Notes: generated by a model not told the origin, from the sequence alone. A DNA stretch of 64,000 bases from Acidimicrobiia bacterium (GCA_040878345.1 JBBDML010000014.1:24544-88543); one strand, 5' to 3'; counted from the stretch's first letter, positions 44,471 to 53,447 are shown. Program-made: numbers and translations.

Positions 44471-46252
44471 TCAACCGGCCCTGGTGATGGGGAGTGAGGC
44501 CAGCCTACCTGGGACTTCGGCTCGATCACCGACTCTGAAGGCCATTAGGACGACGTCGTCACGAAGGTCGGGTTGGGCTCCCTGGAGGTCGGACAGGAGA
44601 CGATCGAGGAGGGGATCGAGCTCCTCGGAGTTGGCGTCGTTCAGGCGTGGGGTGATGAACTCGGGAGGAGCCTGGTTCATGACTGCATACCCGTCGGTGT
44701 AGAGGACCACGGTGTCACCGGGGGCCAACTCATGGGAGATCTCGATTGGGTGGACCTCCGGCACCACCCCCAGCGGCGGACATGGGTTGCCGAGGGCCTC
44801 GATCTCTCCGTCGGCGGAGATGAGGATTGGCGGGGGGTGACCGGCCAGCGCCACCGTGAGATTCCGCCCGTCGGCTTCCAAGATCAGGTAGGCAAGGGTG
44901 CACATCCTGGCCTGCCCCTCGGTGCGGAGGAGGTCGTTGAGCTGCCCGAACACCGTTTGGGGCGCGGGATCGAGCGCGACCGTGGCACGAAGCGTCTGTC
45001 GCACGTTCCCTACCAGGGCGGCCGCGGCGATCCCTTTCCCTTCGATATCACCCACCGCCACGACATGGCGCCCTCCGGGGGCGGGCACCACGTCGTAGAA
45101 GTCGCCACTCACCCCACTGATGTGTGCCTGAGGTTGGTATCGCACCGCGAAGCCAATTCCCGGGACATCCGGGAGACTCTCCGGTTTGAGCCCCCTTTGC
45201 AGGACAACGGCGGTCTCGTGCTCATGGCTGACGAGAAGGGCATTGGCCAGAGCAGCCCCGGCCTCCCCCGACATGGCGCGAAGAAACGACAGGTCGTCGT
45301 CACCCAATCCCCCCGTGGAGTCGGCCAGGGTGAGGATCCCAACCACTTGTCGGCCCGCCCGAAGTGGCAGGACGGCGGTGAAGACATCGCTTCCCGGATC
45401 GAGCCCGAGGTCCTCTGCGCTCCACAGCCCGGGAGCCGGCCCGTGGGTGGGTACGTGTGTGAGAAGCGCCGACCTCGACTCCATCACACGTGCCTGGAGA
45501 CTGGCGGGGTGCCATCGTGTCACTCCGTCTTGTCGACGGGAGATCGGCGTGACCGGTGATGGCTTGTGGCGAACCAGGGTCCCGAGGTCGTCGAGGAGAT
45601 GAATCGCTGCCGCCTCGCAGAGATCCGGGACGAGGATGTCGAGCAGGGAATCCATCAATGCCTCAGGCTCGAACGACGCGATCACGGCATCGCGGAGGCT
45701 GGCCATCAAGCGGTCTCGCTCCTCGGACTCGACCTGATCTGTGATGTCGAGGAAGTAGTTGAGGGCCAGGACCACCTCGCCCCGGTCGTTCTTGATCGGG
45801 CTGGCCCTGACCGAGGACCACTTCACAGAGCTGGTGCCACGGAGCCGGTAGCCGATCATGCCTTCCGCCATGGGCTCCCCGGCGATGACCCGTCGCCCGG
45901 GGAGGGTCTCAACATCGATGGGCCGGCCGGTTTCGTCGATCATCTCCAACGATGCGAGGGCCGCACCTGCCCCGGCCTCCACCAGCTCCTCCCCGGTCCG
46001 GAAACCGAGAAGCTTGGCGGCTCGATCGTTGGCGTAGACCAGCCCACCGGTGCGATCCTGGACCGTGACCGCCTCACCGGCGTGGCTGAAGAGCACGTCG
46101 AGCATGGGCCTGCTGCCACTCATCGCCAGTTCTATGAAGCGGTCACCGGGCATGGCGTCGACTTCCTGTGGGTCGATTGACACTACATGGGGTAACCGCG
46201 AATGCCTCTGGAGACGGGTTCGTTGTGGGGGAGACACACCCACCGTGGTCAT
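44471..46252 (-). CDS. PAS/GAF-containing PP2C (SpoIIE/RsbU-type) serine phosphatase
   Basis: The C-terminus reads SGDFYDVVP...VAVGDIEGKGIAAAALV...TDGY. N-terminal PAS-like segment (VTVQDRTGGLVYANDRAAKLLGF). The stop abuts the STAS start codon. Start uncertain (ATG 46252 chosen; TTG 46282 in the track). Confidence 0.85.
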   Translation of the reverse strand: MTTVGVSPPQRTRLQRHSRLPHVVSIDPQEVDAMPGDRFIELAMSGSRPMLDVLFSHAGEAVTVQDRTGGLVYANDRAAKLLGFRTGEELVEAGAGAALASLEMIDETGRPIDVETLPGRRVIAGEPMAEGMIGYRLRGTSSVKWSSVRASPIKNDRGEVVLALNYFLDITDQVESEERDRLMASLRDAVIASFEPEALMDSLLDILVPDLCEAAAIHLLDDLGTLVRHKPSPVTPISRRQDGVTRWHPASLQARVMESRSALLTHVPTHGPAPGLWSAEDLGLDPGSDVFTAVLPLRAGRQVVGILTLADSTGGLGDDDLSFLRAMSGEAGAALANALLVSHEHETAVVLQRGLKPESLPDVPGIGFAVRYQPQAHISGVSGDFYDVVPAPGGRHVVAVGDIEGKGIAAAALVGNVRQTLRATVALDPAPQTVFGQLNDLLRTEGQARMCTLAYLILEADGRNLTVALAGHPPPILISADGEIEALGNPCPPLGVVPEVHPIEISHELAPGDTVVLYTDGYAVMNQAPPEFITPRLNDANSEELDPLLDRLLSDLQGAQPDLRDDVVLMAFRVGDRAEVPGRLASLPITRAG

Positions 46253-46271
46253 CAACGAGGCGTCGCCCTTG

Positions 46272-47009
46272 TCAGTCGGCAAGCACGAACCCGTAAGGGA
46301 TCTCCAAACGGTGGCGACGGAGCAGCTCAGGACTACGAAGCAGATCCGTGGTGGTGAGATCGACCATCACCCTCCCCCGATCCATGATCACAGCCCTGGG
46401 GCACAGCTCGAGGGCCAAAGGGAGGTCATGGGTGATCACGATCTGCGTGACGTCGAGCGATGAGAGGGTGGCGATCAACTCACGGCGCCCGGCCGGGTCG
46501 AGACCCGACCCCGGCTCGTCCAGCACCACGATCTCGGGTTCCATCGCCAGGACGGTGGCGATGGCCGCCAGTCGCTTCTCCCCTCCGCTCAGGTGATGGG
46601 GCACCCGGGGACCGAGACCCGACGCCCCAACACCCTCGAGGGCGCTGGCCACCCGCTGATCCAGCTCGGCCCCGGACAAGCCGAGGTTGGCCGGGCCGAA
46701 CGCCACGTCCTCGGCCACCGTTGGCATGAACAGCTGATCGTTGGGGTCCTGGAACACCAGGCCGACCCGGCGCCGAACGGACCCGAGAGTCTCGTCGGTC
46801 AGCTCGACCGCTCCCACCAAGATCTTCCCCTGCTCCGCCCGGTAGACACCATTGAGACACAAGGCCAGTGTCGTCTTGCCGGCGCCATTCGGGCCCAGGA
46901 GTGCGACTCGCTGCCCGGGCCCAACGACCAGATCGACGCCATCGAGGGCTTGGCGCCCGTCGGGATAGTGGAAATGGAGCCCGTGCACCTCGAGGGAGGA
47001 AGAGGTCAC
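46272..47009 (-). CDS. cbiO: ECF-type Co/Ni transporter ATP-binding protein (CbiO/NikO)
   Basis: The GTG at 47009 forms a GTGA overlap with the CbiQ stop. GPNGAGKTT, LSGGEKRLAAIATVLAM, LDEP. Confidence 0.85.
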   Translation of the reverse strand: MTSSSLEVHGLHFHYPDGRQALDGVDLVVGPGQRVALLGPNGAGKTTLALCLNGVYRAEQGKILVGAVELTDETLGSVRRRVGLVFQDPNDQLFMPTVAEDVAFGPANLGLSGAELDQRVASALEGVGASGLGPRVPHHLSGGEKRLAAIATVLAMEPEIVVLDEPGSGLDPAGRRELIATLSSLDVTQIVITHDLPLALELCPRAVIMDRGRVMVDLTTTDLLRSPELLRRHRLEIPYGFVLAD

Positions 47010-47770
47010 GACACCACCAGGGCCAGGATCGCCATTCCCAGGCAGACCACCGGGAAAGCAAGGGCGAGGACCCACGACGCCGGTGTCGCTCGGGTCTCGA
47101 CCAGGGTCGGCATGACACCCGTGAAGCCCCGAGAGAGCATGGCGGAGTGGATCCGCTCCCCCCGCTCGTATGACCTGACGAACAAGGCGCCGGCCCCGGT
47201 GGCGATGGGACGAGCCTGCGACAACCACCTGGGGTCGTAACCCCTCGAGCTCATGGCCATCCTCATCCGGCCCAGCTCGCTGATGATGAGCTCGAGGTAC
47301 CGGACCATGAAACCGGCAATGGATGTCATGACGGCAGGAACCCTGAGTGCCAACATCCCACGCAACATGTCAGTCACCTCGGTGGTGGCGATCAGGACGA
47401 TGCTGGCGGTTGCCCCGAGAGTGGCCTTCGCGATGATGTTCCAAGCCGCCCACAGCCCTTCTCGTGACAGCAAGACCCCCAAGAAGTCGATTCGCTCCCC
47501 GGTCCCCACGAAAGGTATGAACACCGCGAAGAGGATGAAGGGGACGATGGCGGCGAGCCTGCTCAGAACGAACAAGGCCGGAACCCGGGCCAGGGCCACG
47601 GTCATCAGAGCAACGACGGCATAAAGGCCAAACGCCCATACCTCCTGACGCGGGGTGATGGCCACGGCAATGACGAAGACCACGATGGCGGCCAGCTTCA
47701 CCTGAGGGGCTAGCGCGTGGACCGGGCTGTGCCCGTGGACATAGAGAGCGTGGGCATGCCCAACGCCCAT
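47006..47770 (-). CDS. cbiQ: ECF-type Co/Ni transporter transmembrane T component (CbiQ/NikQ)
   Basis: 254-aa polytopic protein with CbiQ-like sequence (RSYERGERIHSAMLSRGF). Confidence 0.85.
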   Translation of the reverse strand: MGVGHAHALYVHGHSPVHALAPQVKLAAIVVFVIAVAITPRQEVWAFGLYAVVALMTVALARVPALFVLSRLAAIVPFILFAVFIPFVGTGERIDFLGVLLSREGLWAAWNIIAKATLGATASIVLIATTEVTDMLRGMLALRVPAVMTSIAGFMVRYLELIISELGRMRMAMSSRGYDPRWLSQARPIATGAGALFVRSYERGERIHSAMLSRGFTGVMPTLVETRATPASWVLALAFPVVCLGMAILALVVS

Positions 47771-47771
47771 G

Positions 47772-48752
47772 TCAGGGCCCTCCGGTATGAGGTGGCTTGC
47801 CCTTCACGGCGAGAACGATCCCCCAAGCCACCAGCAGGGTTGTCACAGTGCCGGCGATGCCGGCGATTGCCAGGCTCATCGACACGTTGGCGACCCCCGT
47901 GGTGGCATAGTCGGCGAACAGGGAGTGGGCCAAGGTGTGTTCCTGGCCACTATCGAGGAACCCTTCCGACCCAGCCACCGACTCGAGGCCATCCGGATCG
48001 CTCGAGGCGAATTGACTCACGATGGCGGTGATGAAAAGGGTGGCGATGAGGCCGCCGATGACGAATGTGCGGATGGCGACCCTGGCCTCGCCGGCCGATC
48101 CGAGCTCCGAGTCCAGAGCCGCATGTACCAGGTCGGGTCGGGAGCCGAGGACCGCGGTCACGGCCAGGGAACTGATCACGGCCTCTCCGACGCCGATCAA
48201 GACGTGGACACCAACCATGGCGGCAAAGACCTGGCTGAAGGGGACAGGCGCGGTGGCCCCGAACAGCCACTCGATGGAGAAAGCGGCGGCGGAGAGGAGC
48301 ACCGAAAGCCAGGCCGCCAACCCGGTTGCGCCGATCATCCCGCCCTTGTTGTGGGGCAAGACCCGTCGCAGCAAGGAGAAAGCGGCGTATCCCCCATAGG
48401 CCGGGATCACTGCCATGTTGAGGACGTTGTACCCAATGGCTGTGATCCCGCCGTCGGCGAAGAGAAACGCTTGCACCACCACCACGATCGTCACGACGAT
48501 GGCGCCGAGATGGGGGCCGAGGAGAATCGCTGCCAGAGCCCCTCCCAAGAGGTGTCCGGTGGTCCCGGCGGCCACCGGAAAGTTGAACATCTGGGCTGCG
48601 AACACAAAGGCGGCGCCCATCCCGGCCAGGGGGATCATCCTGTCGGTGACGGTCTGTTTCACCTGACGCATCGCCACCCCGAGGGTGCCGGCGCTGAGGG
48701 CGACGGTGACAACCGCGGTGCCGGCGTTCAGGAAGCCATCCGGTGCATGCAC
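47772..48752 (-). CDS. cbiM: CbiM/NikM substrate-capture subunit fused to a C-terminal PDGLE domain
   Basis: The MHAPDGFL N-terminus is characteristic of CbiM/NikM. The C-terminal ~100 aa contain SSDPDGLESVA plus a terminal TM helix. Confidence 0.82.
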   Translation of the reverse strand: MHAPDGFLNAGTAVVTVALSAGTLGVAMRQVKQTVTDRMIPLAGMGAAFVFAAQMFNFPVAAGTTGHLLGGALAAILLGPHLGAIVVTIVVVVQAFLFADGGITAIGYNVLNMAVIPAYGGYAAFSLLRRVLPHNKGGMIGATGLAAWLSVLLSAAAFSIEWLFGATAPVPFSQVFAAMVGVHVLIGVGEAVISSLAVTAVLGSRPDLVHAALDSELGSAGEARVAIRTFVIGGLIATLFITAIVSQFASSDPDGLESVAGSEGFLDSGQEHTLAHSLFADYATTGVANVSMSLAIAGIAGTVTTLLVAWGIVLAVKGKPPHTGGP

Positions 48753-48790
48753 AGCGGAGTCCTCTCTTGCTCACCGCAACCGTATCGCAA

Positions 48791-48807
48791 TTGCAAACGT
48801 CTCGCAA
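48791..48807. promoter_or_regulatory. Nur-box-like operator (TTGCAA-N5-TCGCAA) in the divergent promoter region
   Basis: TTGCAAACGTCTCGCAA, embedded in ATCGCAATTGCAAACGTCTCGCAATTA. It resembles the Streptomyces Nur consensus tTGCaa-N5-ttGCAA as I recall it. Confidence 0.55.
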
Positions 48808-48848
48808 TTAGTGTGAAGAGAGCCTGCCCCAACCCTTACCATGACGAC

Positions 48849-49274
48849 ATGAACCAGCACCCAGGTGAAGATCTGAGGGTCATGCTGGTGAGGAGCGGTC
48901 ATCGAGTCACCGGCCCCCGACGGGCCGTCTGGGAGGTGGTGTCGTCGACCGGCGATCATCTCACCGCCGAGGAGATCGCCGACCGAGTCAGCACGGTCGA
49001 TCCCGACGTCAACCTCTCATCGATCTATCGATCCCTCGCCCTATTCGCCGAGTTGGGGATGGTCCGGGAGTCGAGCCTCGACGATGGGGCCGCCCACTGG
49101 GAGATGGCCCACCCCGACGAGCAGTTCCACATGAGATGCCGTTCATGTGGCCGGGTCGAGCACCACGCCGGTGACCTCGTCGAGCAGGTGCGGACCCATC
49201 TCGCCGACGAGCACCGGTTCCTGGCCGATCAGGTCGATCTCCTGGTCACCGGTCTATGCCGGGACTGCTCCTAG
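48849..49274 (+). CDS. Fur-family metalloregulator (Nur-like candidate)
   Basis: 141 aa. Winged helix (NLSSIYRSLALFAELGMV) and paired Cys motifs (CRSCG ... CRDC). Divergent from cbiM. Confidence 0.82.
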   Translation: MNQHPGEDLRVMLVRSGHRVTGPRRAVWEVVSSTGDHLTAEEIADRVSTVDPDVNLSSIYRSLALFAELGMVRESSLDDGAAHWEMAHPDEQFHMRCRSCGRVEHHAGDLVEQVRTHLADEHRFLADQVDLLVTGLCRDCS

Positions 49275-49302
49275 TGGCCCGAAGGCTGCTCAGAGCGACG
49301 GA

Positions 49303-50433
49303 TCACAGCCCTAAGGCCCGGCCCAGCAGCTGGCGCTGATATCTGGGGTCGCCGAGCAACAGCGATGTAGATTTGGCCCGTTTCAGGTAGAGGTGGGCGT
49401 CGTGCTCCCAGGTGAACCCCATGCCTCCGTGGATCTGGATGGTCTCTCCAGCCGCCCAGAGGTAGGTCTCCGACGCCACCGACCCGGCCAAGGGAGAGGC
49501 CACAGACAACTCCTCGGGGTCATCGACGCTCCGGACCGCGTGATGTGCGGTTGACCGGGCGTGCTCGACCCGCATCAGCATCTCGGCACACCGATGTTTG
49601 ATCGCCTGGTAGGAGCCGATCGGCCGCCCGAATTGGTACCGCGACCTGGCGTACTCGACCGACATCTCGAGACACCGCTGTGCTCCTCCCACCTGTTCGA
49701 CGGCAAGTGCCGCAGTGGCGAGGGAGAGCACCCGGGAGATGCCGCCGGAGTCGGGCGCCCCACCGAGGAGCGCATGCTGACCCACCCTGACGTTGTCGAA
49801 TGTGACCTCCGCCTGTCGGCGGGTGGGGTCGAGGACCGGGACCTGGTTGACCGAGACCCCTTCGGCAGCGGCATCGACCACGAATGTGCCGACCTCGTCG
49901 CCGACCGCAGCCACCACCAGGAGAGTATCGGCGAGATGCCCATCGAGGACGTGCCGCTTGAGCCCCGAGATCAGCCAGTCGCCACCGTCGCGCACCGCCA
50001 ACGTCGAGAGGTGGGCAAGTCCCCAATCACGGGGCTCTTCGTGACAGGCCAGACTGGCCAGCCGCTCACCGGAGGCAAGCCCGGGCAGGAGATCGGCCTG
50101 TTGATCAGGGGCCCCCATGGTGATGACCGCCATGGTGGCCAGCACCACGCTGGCGAAAAAAGGGCCTGGAGTGACCAGCCGGCCCATCTCCTCCAGCACC
50201 ACGGAGAGCTCGAGGGGGCCATATCCGGCTCCCCCGAGCTCTTCGGGAATGGTCAGCCCGGCCCATCCCAGGTCGGCGATCTCCTTCCACAAGCCGCGAT
50301 CGAAACCGTCGTCGGACATCATCAGCTCTCGCACCATCGCCAGACCCATACGCTCCTCGAGAAAGCGGCGAGCGGTTGTCCGGATCAGGCTCATGTCCTC
50401 ACTCGGGGTGAAGGTGATCACCGGTTCAGCCAC
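49303..50433 (-). CDS. Acyl-CoA dehydrogenase family protein (no obvious C-terminal catalytic-Glu motif)
   Basis: The GTG at 50433 overlaps the upstream stop by 8 nt. ACAD fold motifs (IQIHGGMGFTWEHDAHLYLKRAK). The protein ends without a YEGT-like segment. Confidence 0.82.
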   Translation of the reverse strand: MAEPVITFTPSEDMSLIRTTARRFLEERMGLAMVRELMMSDDGFDRGLWKEIADLGWAGLTIPEELGGAGYGPLELSVVLEEMGRLVTPGPFFASVVLATMAVITMGAPDQQADLLPGLASGERLASLACHEEPRDWGLAHLSTLAVRDGGDWLISGLKRHVLDGHLADTLLVVAAVGDEVGTFVVDAAAEGVSVNQVPVLDPTRRQAEVTFDNVRVGQHALLGGAPDSGGISRVLSLATAALAVEQVGGAQRCLEMSVEYARSRYQFGRPIGSYQAIKHRCAEMLMRVEHARSTAHHAVRSVDDPEELSVASPLAGSVASETYLWAAGETIQIHGGMGFTWEHDAHLYLKRAKSTSLLLGDPRYQRQLLGRALGL

Positions 50434-51610
50434 GGGGGACGTCCTTCCAGGGCAGGTCCTTGTCGACTCTCGGCTCGCCGGGAAGCCCGAGGACCCGCTC
50501 ACCCACGATGTTGAGCATGATCTCCGATGTGCCGCCTTCGATCGAGTTGGCTCTGGTGCGAAGGAACCCGTGTTGTGGGGTCTTCCCCTCCAAAGACTCG
50601 GGGCGGGTCAGGCGGTATCCCCCGGGATACAGGGTCCCATCGAGACCCATGACATCGAGGATGAAGGATGCGATGTCCTTGTTCTGGGCGGCCCATGCCA
50701 GCTTCCCGGTGGAGCCCTCGGGACCAGGGGTGCCGGCGTCGGCCGCCTCATTGGCCCTGATGGAGGTGAGGCGATAGGCCTCGACCTCGGCCCATAGTTG
50801 GATCAGCCGGTCACGAAGGACCGGGTCGTCGGATCCCGAGGACTTCCAGACCTCGAGAGCCTGTGAGATCCGGCCCGAGCCTCGTGGCACAGCATTGCCC
50901 CCGATTGCCACCCTCTCGTTCATCAGGGTGGTGAGCGCCACCCTCCAGCCGGCCCCAACCGAATCGATCCGATTTGCGTCGGGGATACGGGCATCGTGGA
51001 AGAACACCTCGCTGAACTCCGCCTCTCCGGTGATCTGATAGAGCGGCCTGACATCGACCCCCTCGGACTCCATGTCGATGATGAAGTAGGTGAGGCCCTC
51101 GTGCTTGACCGCCCCCGGGTCGGTGCGGGCGACCAGCATCCCCCACTTGGCGATGTGGGCCAGTGTGGTCCATACCTTCTGCCCGTTGACCACCCACTCG
51201 TCGCCGTCACGAACCGCCTGGGTGGACAGGCCGGCGACGTCGGACCCGGCGCCGGGCTCGCTGAACATCTGACACCACATCTCCTCGGTGGTGAACATCG
51301 GTCGCAACCAGCGGGCCTTCTGCTCATCGGTTCCGTGGGCGACGAGGACCCCGGCTCCCATCCCGATCCCGAGCAGATTGGTAGGCCGGTTCTGGATGCT
51401 CGCCCCGGCTGCGAGGAGCCGCCGATCGATCTGTGACTGGTACTTGCGCCCCAAACCCAACCCCCCAAAGTCCTCGGGGTGCCAGGCCCAGGCCAGCCCC
51501 CGGTCGTATTGGGCGCCCCAGAAGACCTGGCGGTCGGTGGTGTGGGGCGGGAACTCGGCGAGGAGACCGTCGACCAGGGCGTCGACGCGTGCTTGCTCCT
51601 TATCGGTCAT
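50426..51610 (-). CDS. Acyl-CoA dehydrogenase
   Basis: The ATG at 51610 follows GGAGGA. FSEPGAGSD, and SIEGGTSEIM (catalytic-base context). Confidence 0.88.
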   Translation of the reverse strand: MTDKEQARVDALVDGLLAEFPPHTTDRQVFWGAQYDRGLAWAWHPEDFGGLGLGRKYQSQIDRRLLAAGASIQNRPTNLLGIGMGAGVLVAHGTDEQKARWLRPMFTTEEMWCQMFSEPGAGSDVAGLSTQAVRDGDEWVVNGQKVWTTLAHIAKWGMLVARTDPGAVKHEGLTYFIIDMESEGVDVRPLYQITGEAEFSEVFFHDARIPDANRIDSVGAGWRVALTTLMNERVAIGGNAVPRGSGRISQALEVWKSSGSDDPVLRDRLIQLWAEVEAYRLTSIRANEAADAGTPGPEGSTGKLAWAAQNKDIASFILDVMGLDGTLYPGGYRLTRPESLEGKTPQHGFLRTRANSIEGGTSEIMLNIVGERVLGLPGEPRVDKDLPWKDVPRG

Positions 51611-51700
51611 TTCCTCCACCAGGCGAGAAGTCAACCTTAGACAGAGGCCTTGCATTTGCACGGGGTGGCGCACAACGCGACCGCGTGCATGCGGTGTGGC

Positions 51701-53341
51701 CTATACCGGGACCGCGGGCTCGATGATCGCCTCGGTATCCACCCCGGCGGGCAAGGTCCCGAAGAGCGAGCCCCGATGACCGCCGAGACGGCTGGCGGCA
51801 AAAGCCTCGAAGACCTCAGGAGCGGCGTACCTGGCCAAGAGACTCCCGGCGGCCGCCAGGGCGAGACCTTCAACCAGGCTCCTTGCCCGATACTCGGCGT
51901 CACCCATGTTGAAGTCGGCAAAAGCGGCGGTGATCGCCCGGTCGAGTCTCCGGTCGTGGCCCCTCGACTCCTCGATCTCGCTCCTCAGCGCCTCGACGGC
52001 GCGGGGCTCTCTGGCGAGGACCCGGATCACATCGAGGGCGATGACGTTCCCCGACCCTTCCCAGATCGCGTTTAGAGGCGACTCCCTGTAGAGGCGGGGC
52101 ATCATCGACTCCTCGACATATCCGCCCCCACCAAGGCACTCGAGAGCCTCTCTCACCACCTCGCTGCACCGTTTGGTCACCCAATACTTGGCCACCGGGG
52201 TGAGGATCCGTTTCACCAGATCCTCGTGACCGTCGGTGTCGGCCCGGTCGAAGGCGCCGGCCACCCTCATCATCAGCAGGACGGCGGCCTCGGTCTCGAT
52301 CTCGATGTCGGCGAGGACGTTCCGCATCAGGGCCTTCTCGATCAGCAGCGACCCGAACGCCCGACGATGACGGGTGTGATGGATGGCCTGAGTCACCGCC
52401 TGCCTCATCAGCGAGGCCGACCCGGCAATGCAGTCGAGGCGGGTGCCGGCAACCATCTCGATGATGGTGGCTACCCCGCGGCCCTCCTCACCGACCATTC
52501 GGGCCCAGGCGCCCTCGAACTCGGCCTCGGACGAGGCGTTCGAGTGATTGCCCAGCTTGTCCTTGAGACGCTGCAGACGGATCTCGTTGACCTCCCCGTC
52601 AGGGGTGAACCGGGGCAACAGGAAGCAGGACAGACCACCAGGGGCTCGAGCCAGCACCAGGAATGCGTCGGACATCGGAGATGACATGAACCACTTGTGC
52701 CCGGTGATCAGGTACTCCCCGCCCGGCCCTCCTCCGCTCACCGGTAAAGCCAGCGTGGTGTTGGATCTGACATCGGAGCCGCCCTGCTTCTCGGTCATTC
52801 CCATCCCCAGCATCACCCCCTTCTTCTCAGCGGGGGGAAGGAACGAGGGGTCGTATTCACGGCTGAGTTGGAGCGGCTCCCATTGCCCCGCCAGCTCAGG
52901 CTGATGTCTCAAGGCGGGCACCGCGGCGAATGCCATCGAGATCGGGCACCAATGACCCGACTCGATCTGGCCGGCGAGGAAGGTGAGGGCGGTCCTCGCC
53001 GCGAACCCTCCCTCTCCGGGGCCGGTTTCCCAAGGGATGGAGTGGAGCCCGTTGGTCACCGCAAGATCGAGGAGACTGTGCCAGGAGGGGTGGAACTCCA
53101 CCTGATCGACCCGGTTGCCGTAGCGGTCGTGGGTGCGAAGACGGGGTGGGTTGGCGTTTGCCTCGAAACCCCATGAGATGACCTCCGAAGACGCCATTCG
53201 GCGGCCGAAAACGTCGACGTGGGGCCCCGCCCATCCCGCACCCTCGCGGACCAGCGCTTTGGCGAGGATCGGGTCGGCCCCGGCGAGGTCGTAGTCGACC
53301 AGAGGTGGAGGCTGGTTCAGGACCTCGTGGGTGGAGCCCAT
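51701..53341 (-). CDS. AidB-like acyl-CoA dehydrogenase family protein
   Basis: Start at ATG 53341 (MGSTHEVLNQPPPLVDYDL...). GMGMTEKQGGSD, and IWEGSGNV. Confidence 0.85.
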   Translation of the reverse strand: MGSTHEVLNQPPPLVDYDLAGADPILAKALVREGAGWAGPHVDVFGRRMASSEVISWGFEANANPPRLRTHDRYGNRVDQVEFHPSWHSLLDLAVTNGLHSIPWETGPGEGGFAARTALTFLAGQIESGHWCPISMAFAAVPALRHQPELAGQWEPLQLSREYDPSFLPPAEKKGVMLGMGMTEKQGGSDVRSNTTLALPVSGGGPGGEYLITGHKWFMSSPMSDAFLVLARAPGGLSCFLLPRFTPDGEVNEIRLQRLKDKLGNHSNASSEAEFEGAWARMVGEEGRGVATIIEMVAGTRLDCIAGSASLMRQAVTQAIHHTRHRRAFGSLLIEKALMRNVLADIEIETEAAVLLMMRVAGAFDRADTDGHEDLVKRILTPVAKYWVTKRCSEVVREALECLGGGGYVEESMMPRLYRESPLNAIWEGSGNVIALDVIRVLAREPRAVEALRSEIEESRGHDRRLDRAITAAFADFNMGDAEYRARSLVEGLALAAAGSLLARYAAPEVFEAFAASRLGGHRGSLFGTLPAGVDTEAIIEPAVPV

Positions 53342-53447
53342 GTGGGCATCGTACCCCTGCCGACCATCCGGGAACCGGGGGGAGTCGCGGTCGGATGACA
53401 CCTGCCGCCCCAGCCCCTCAACCGTCCGGCCTGGCACAATAGGGGTC

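Noticed and set aside
48753-48848. A cobalamin riboswitch upstream of the cbiM operon.
   Set aside because: The 96-nt region is too short. I could not find a B12-box-like core on the minus strand. It contains a Fur-family (Nur-like) operator instead. A covariance-model scan is still needed to be certain.
47769-49274. A 501-aa plus-strand ORF spanning the cbiM gene and the Fur-family regulator.
   Set aside because: Only the last 141 codons (from ATG 48849) are protein-like. The upstream part is antisense to cbiM and crosses the intergenic operator region.
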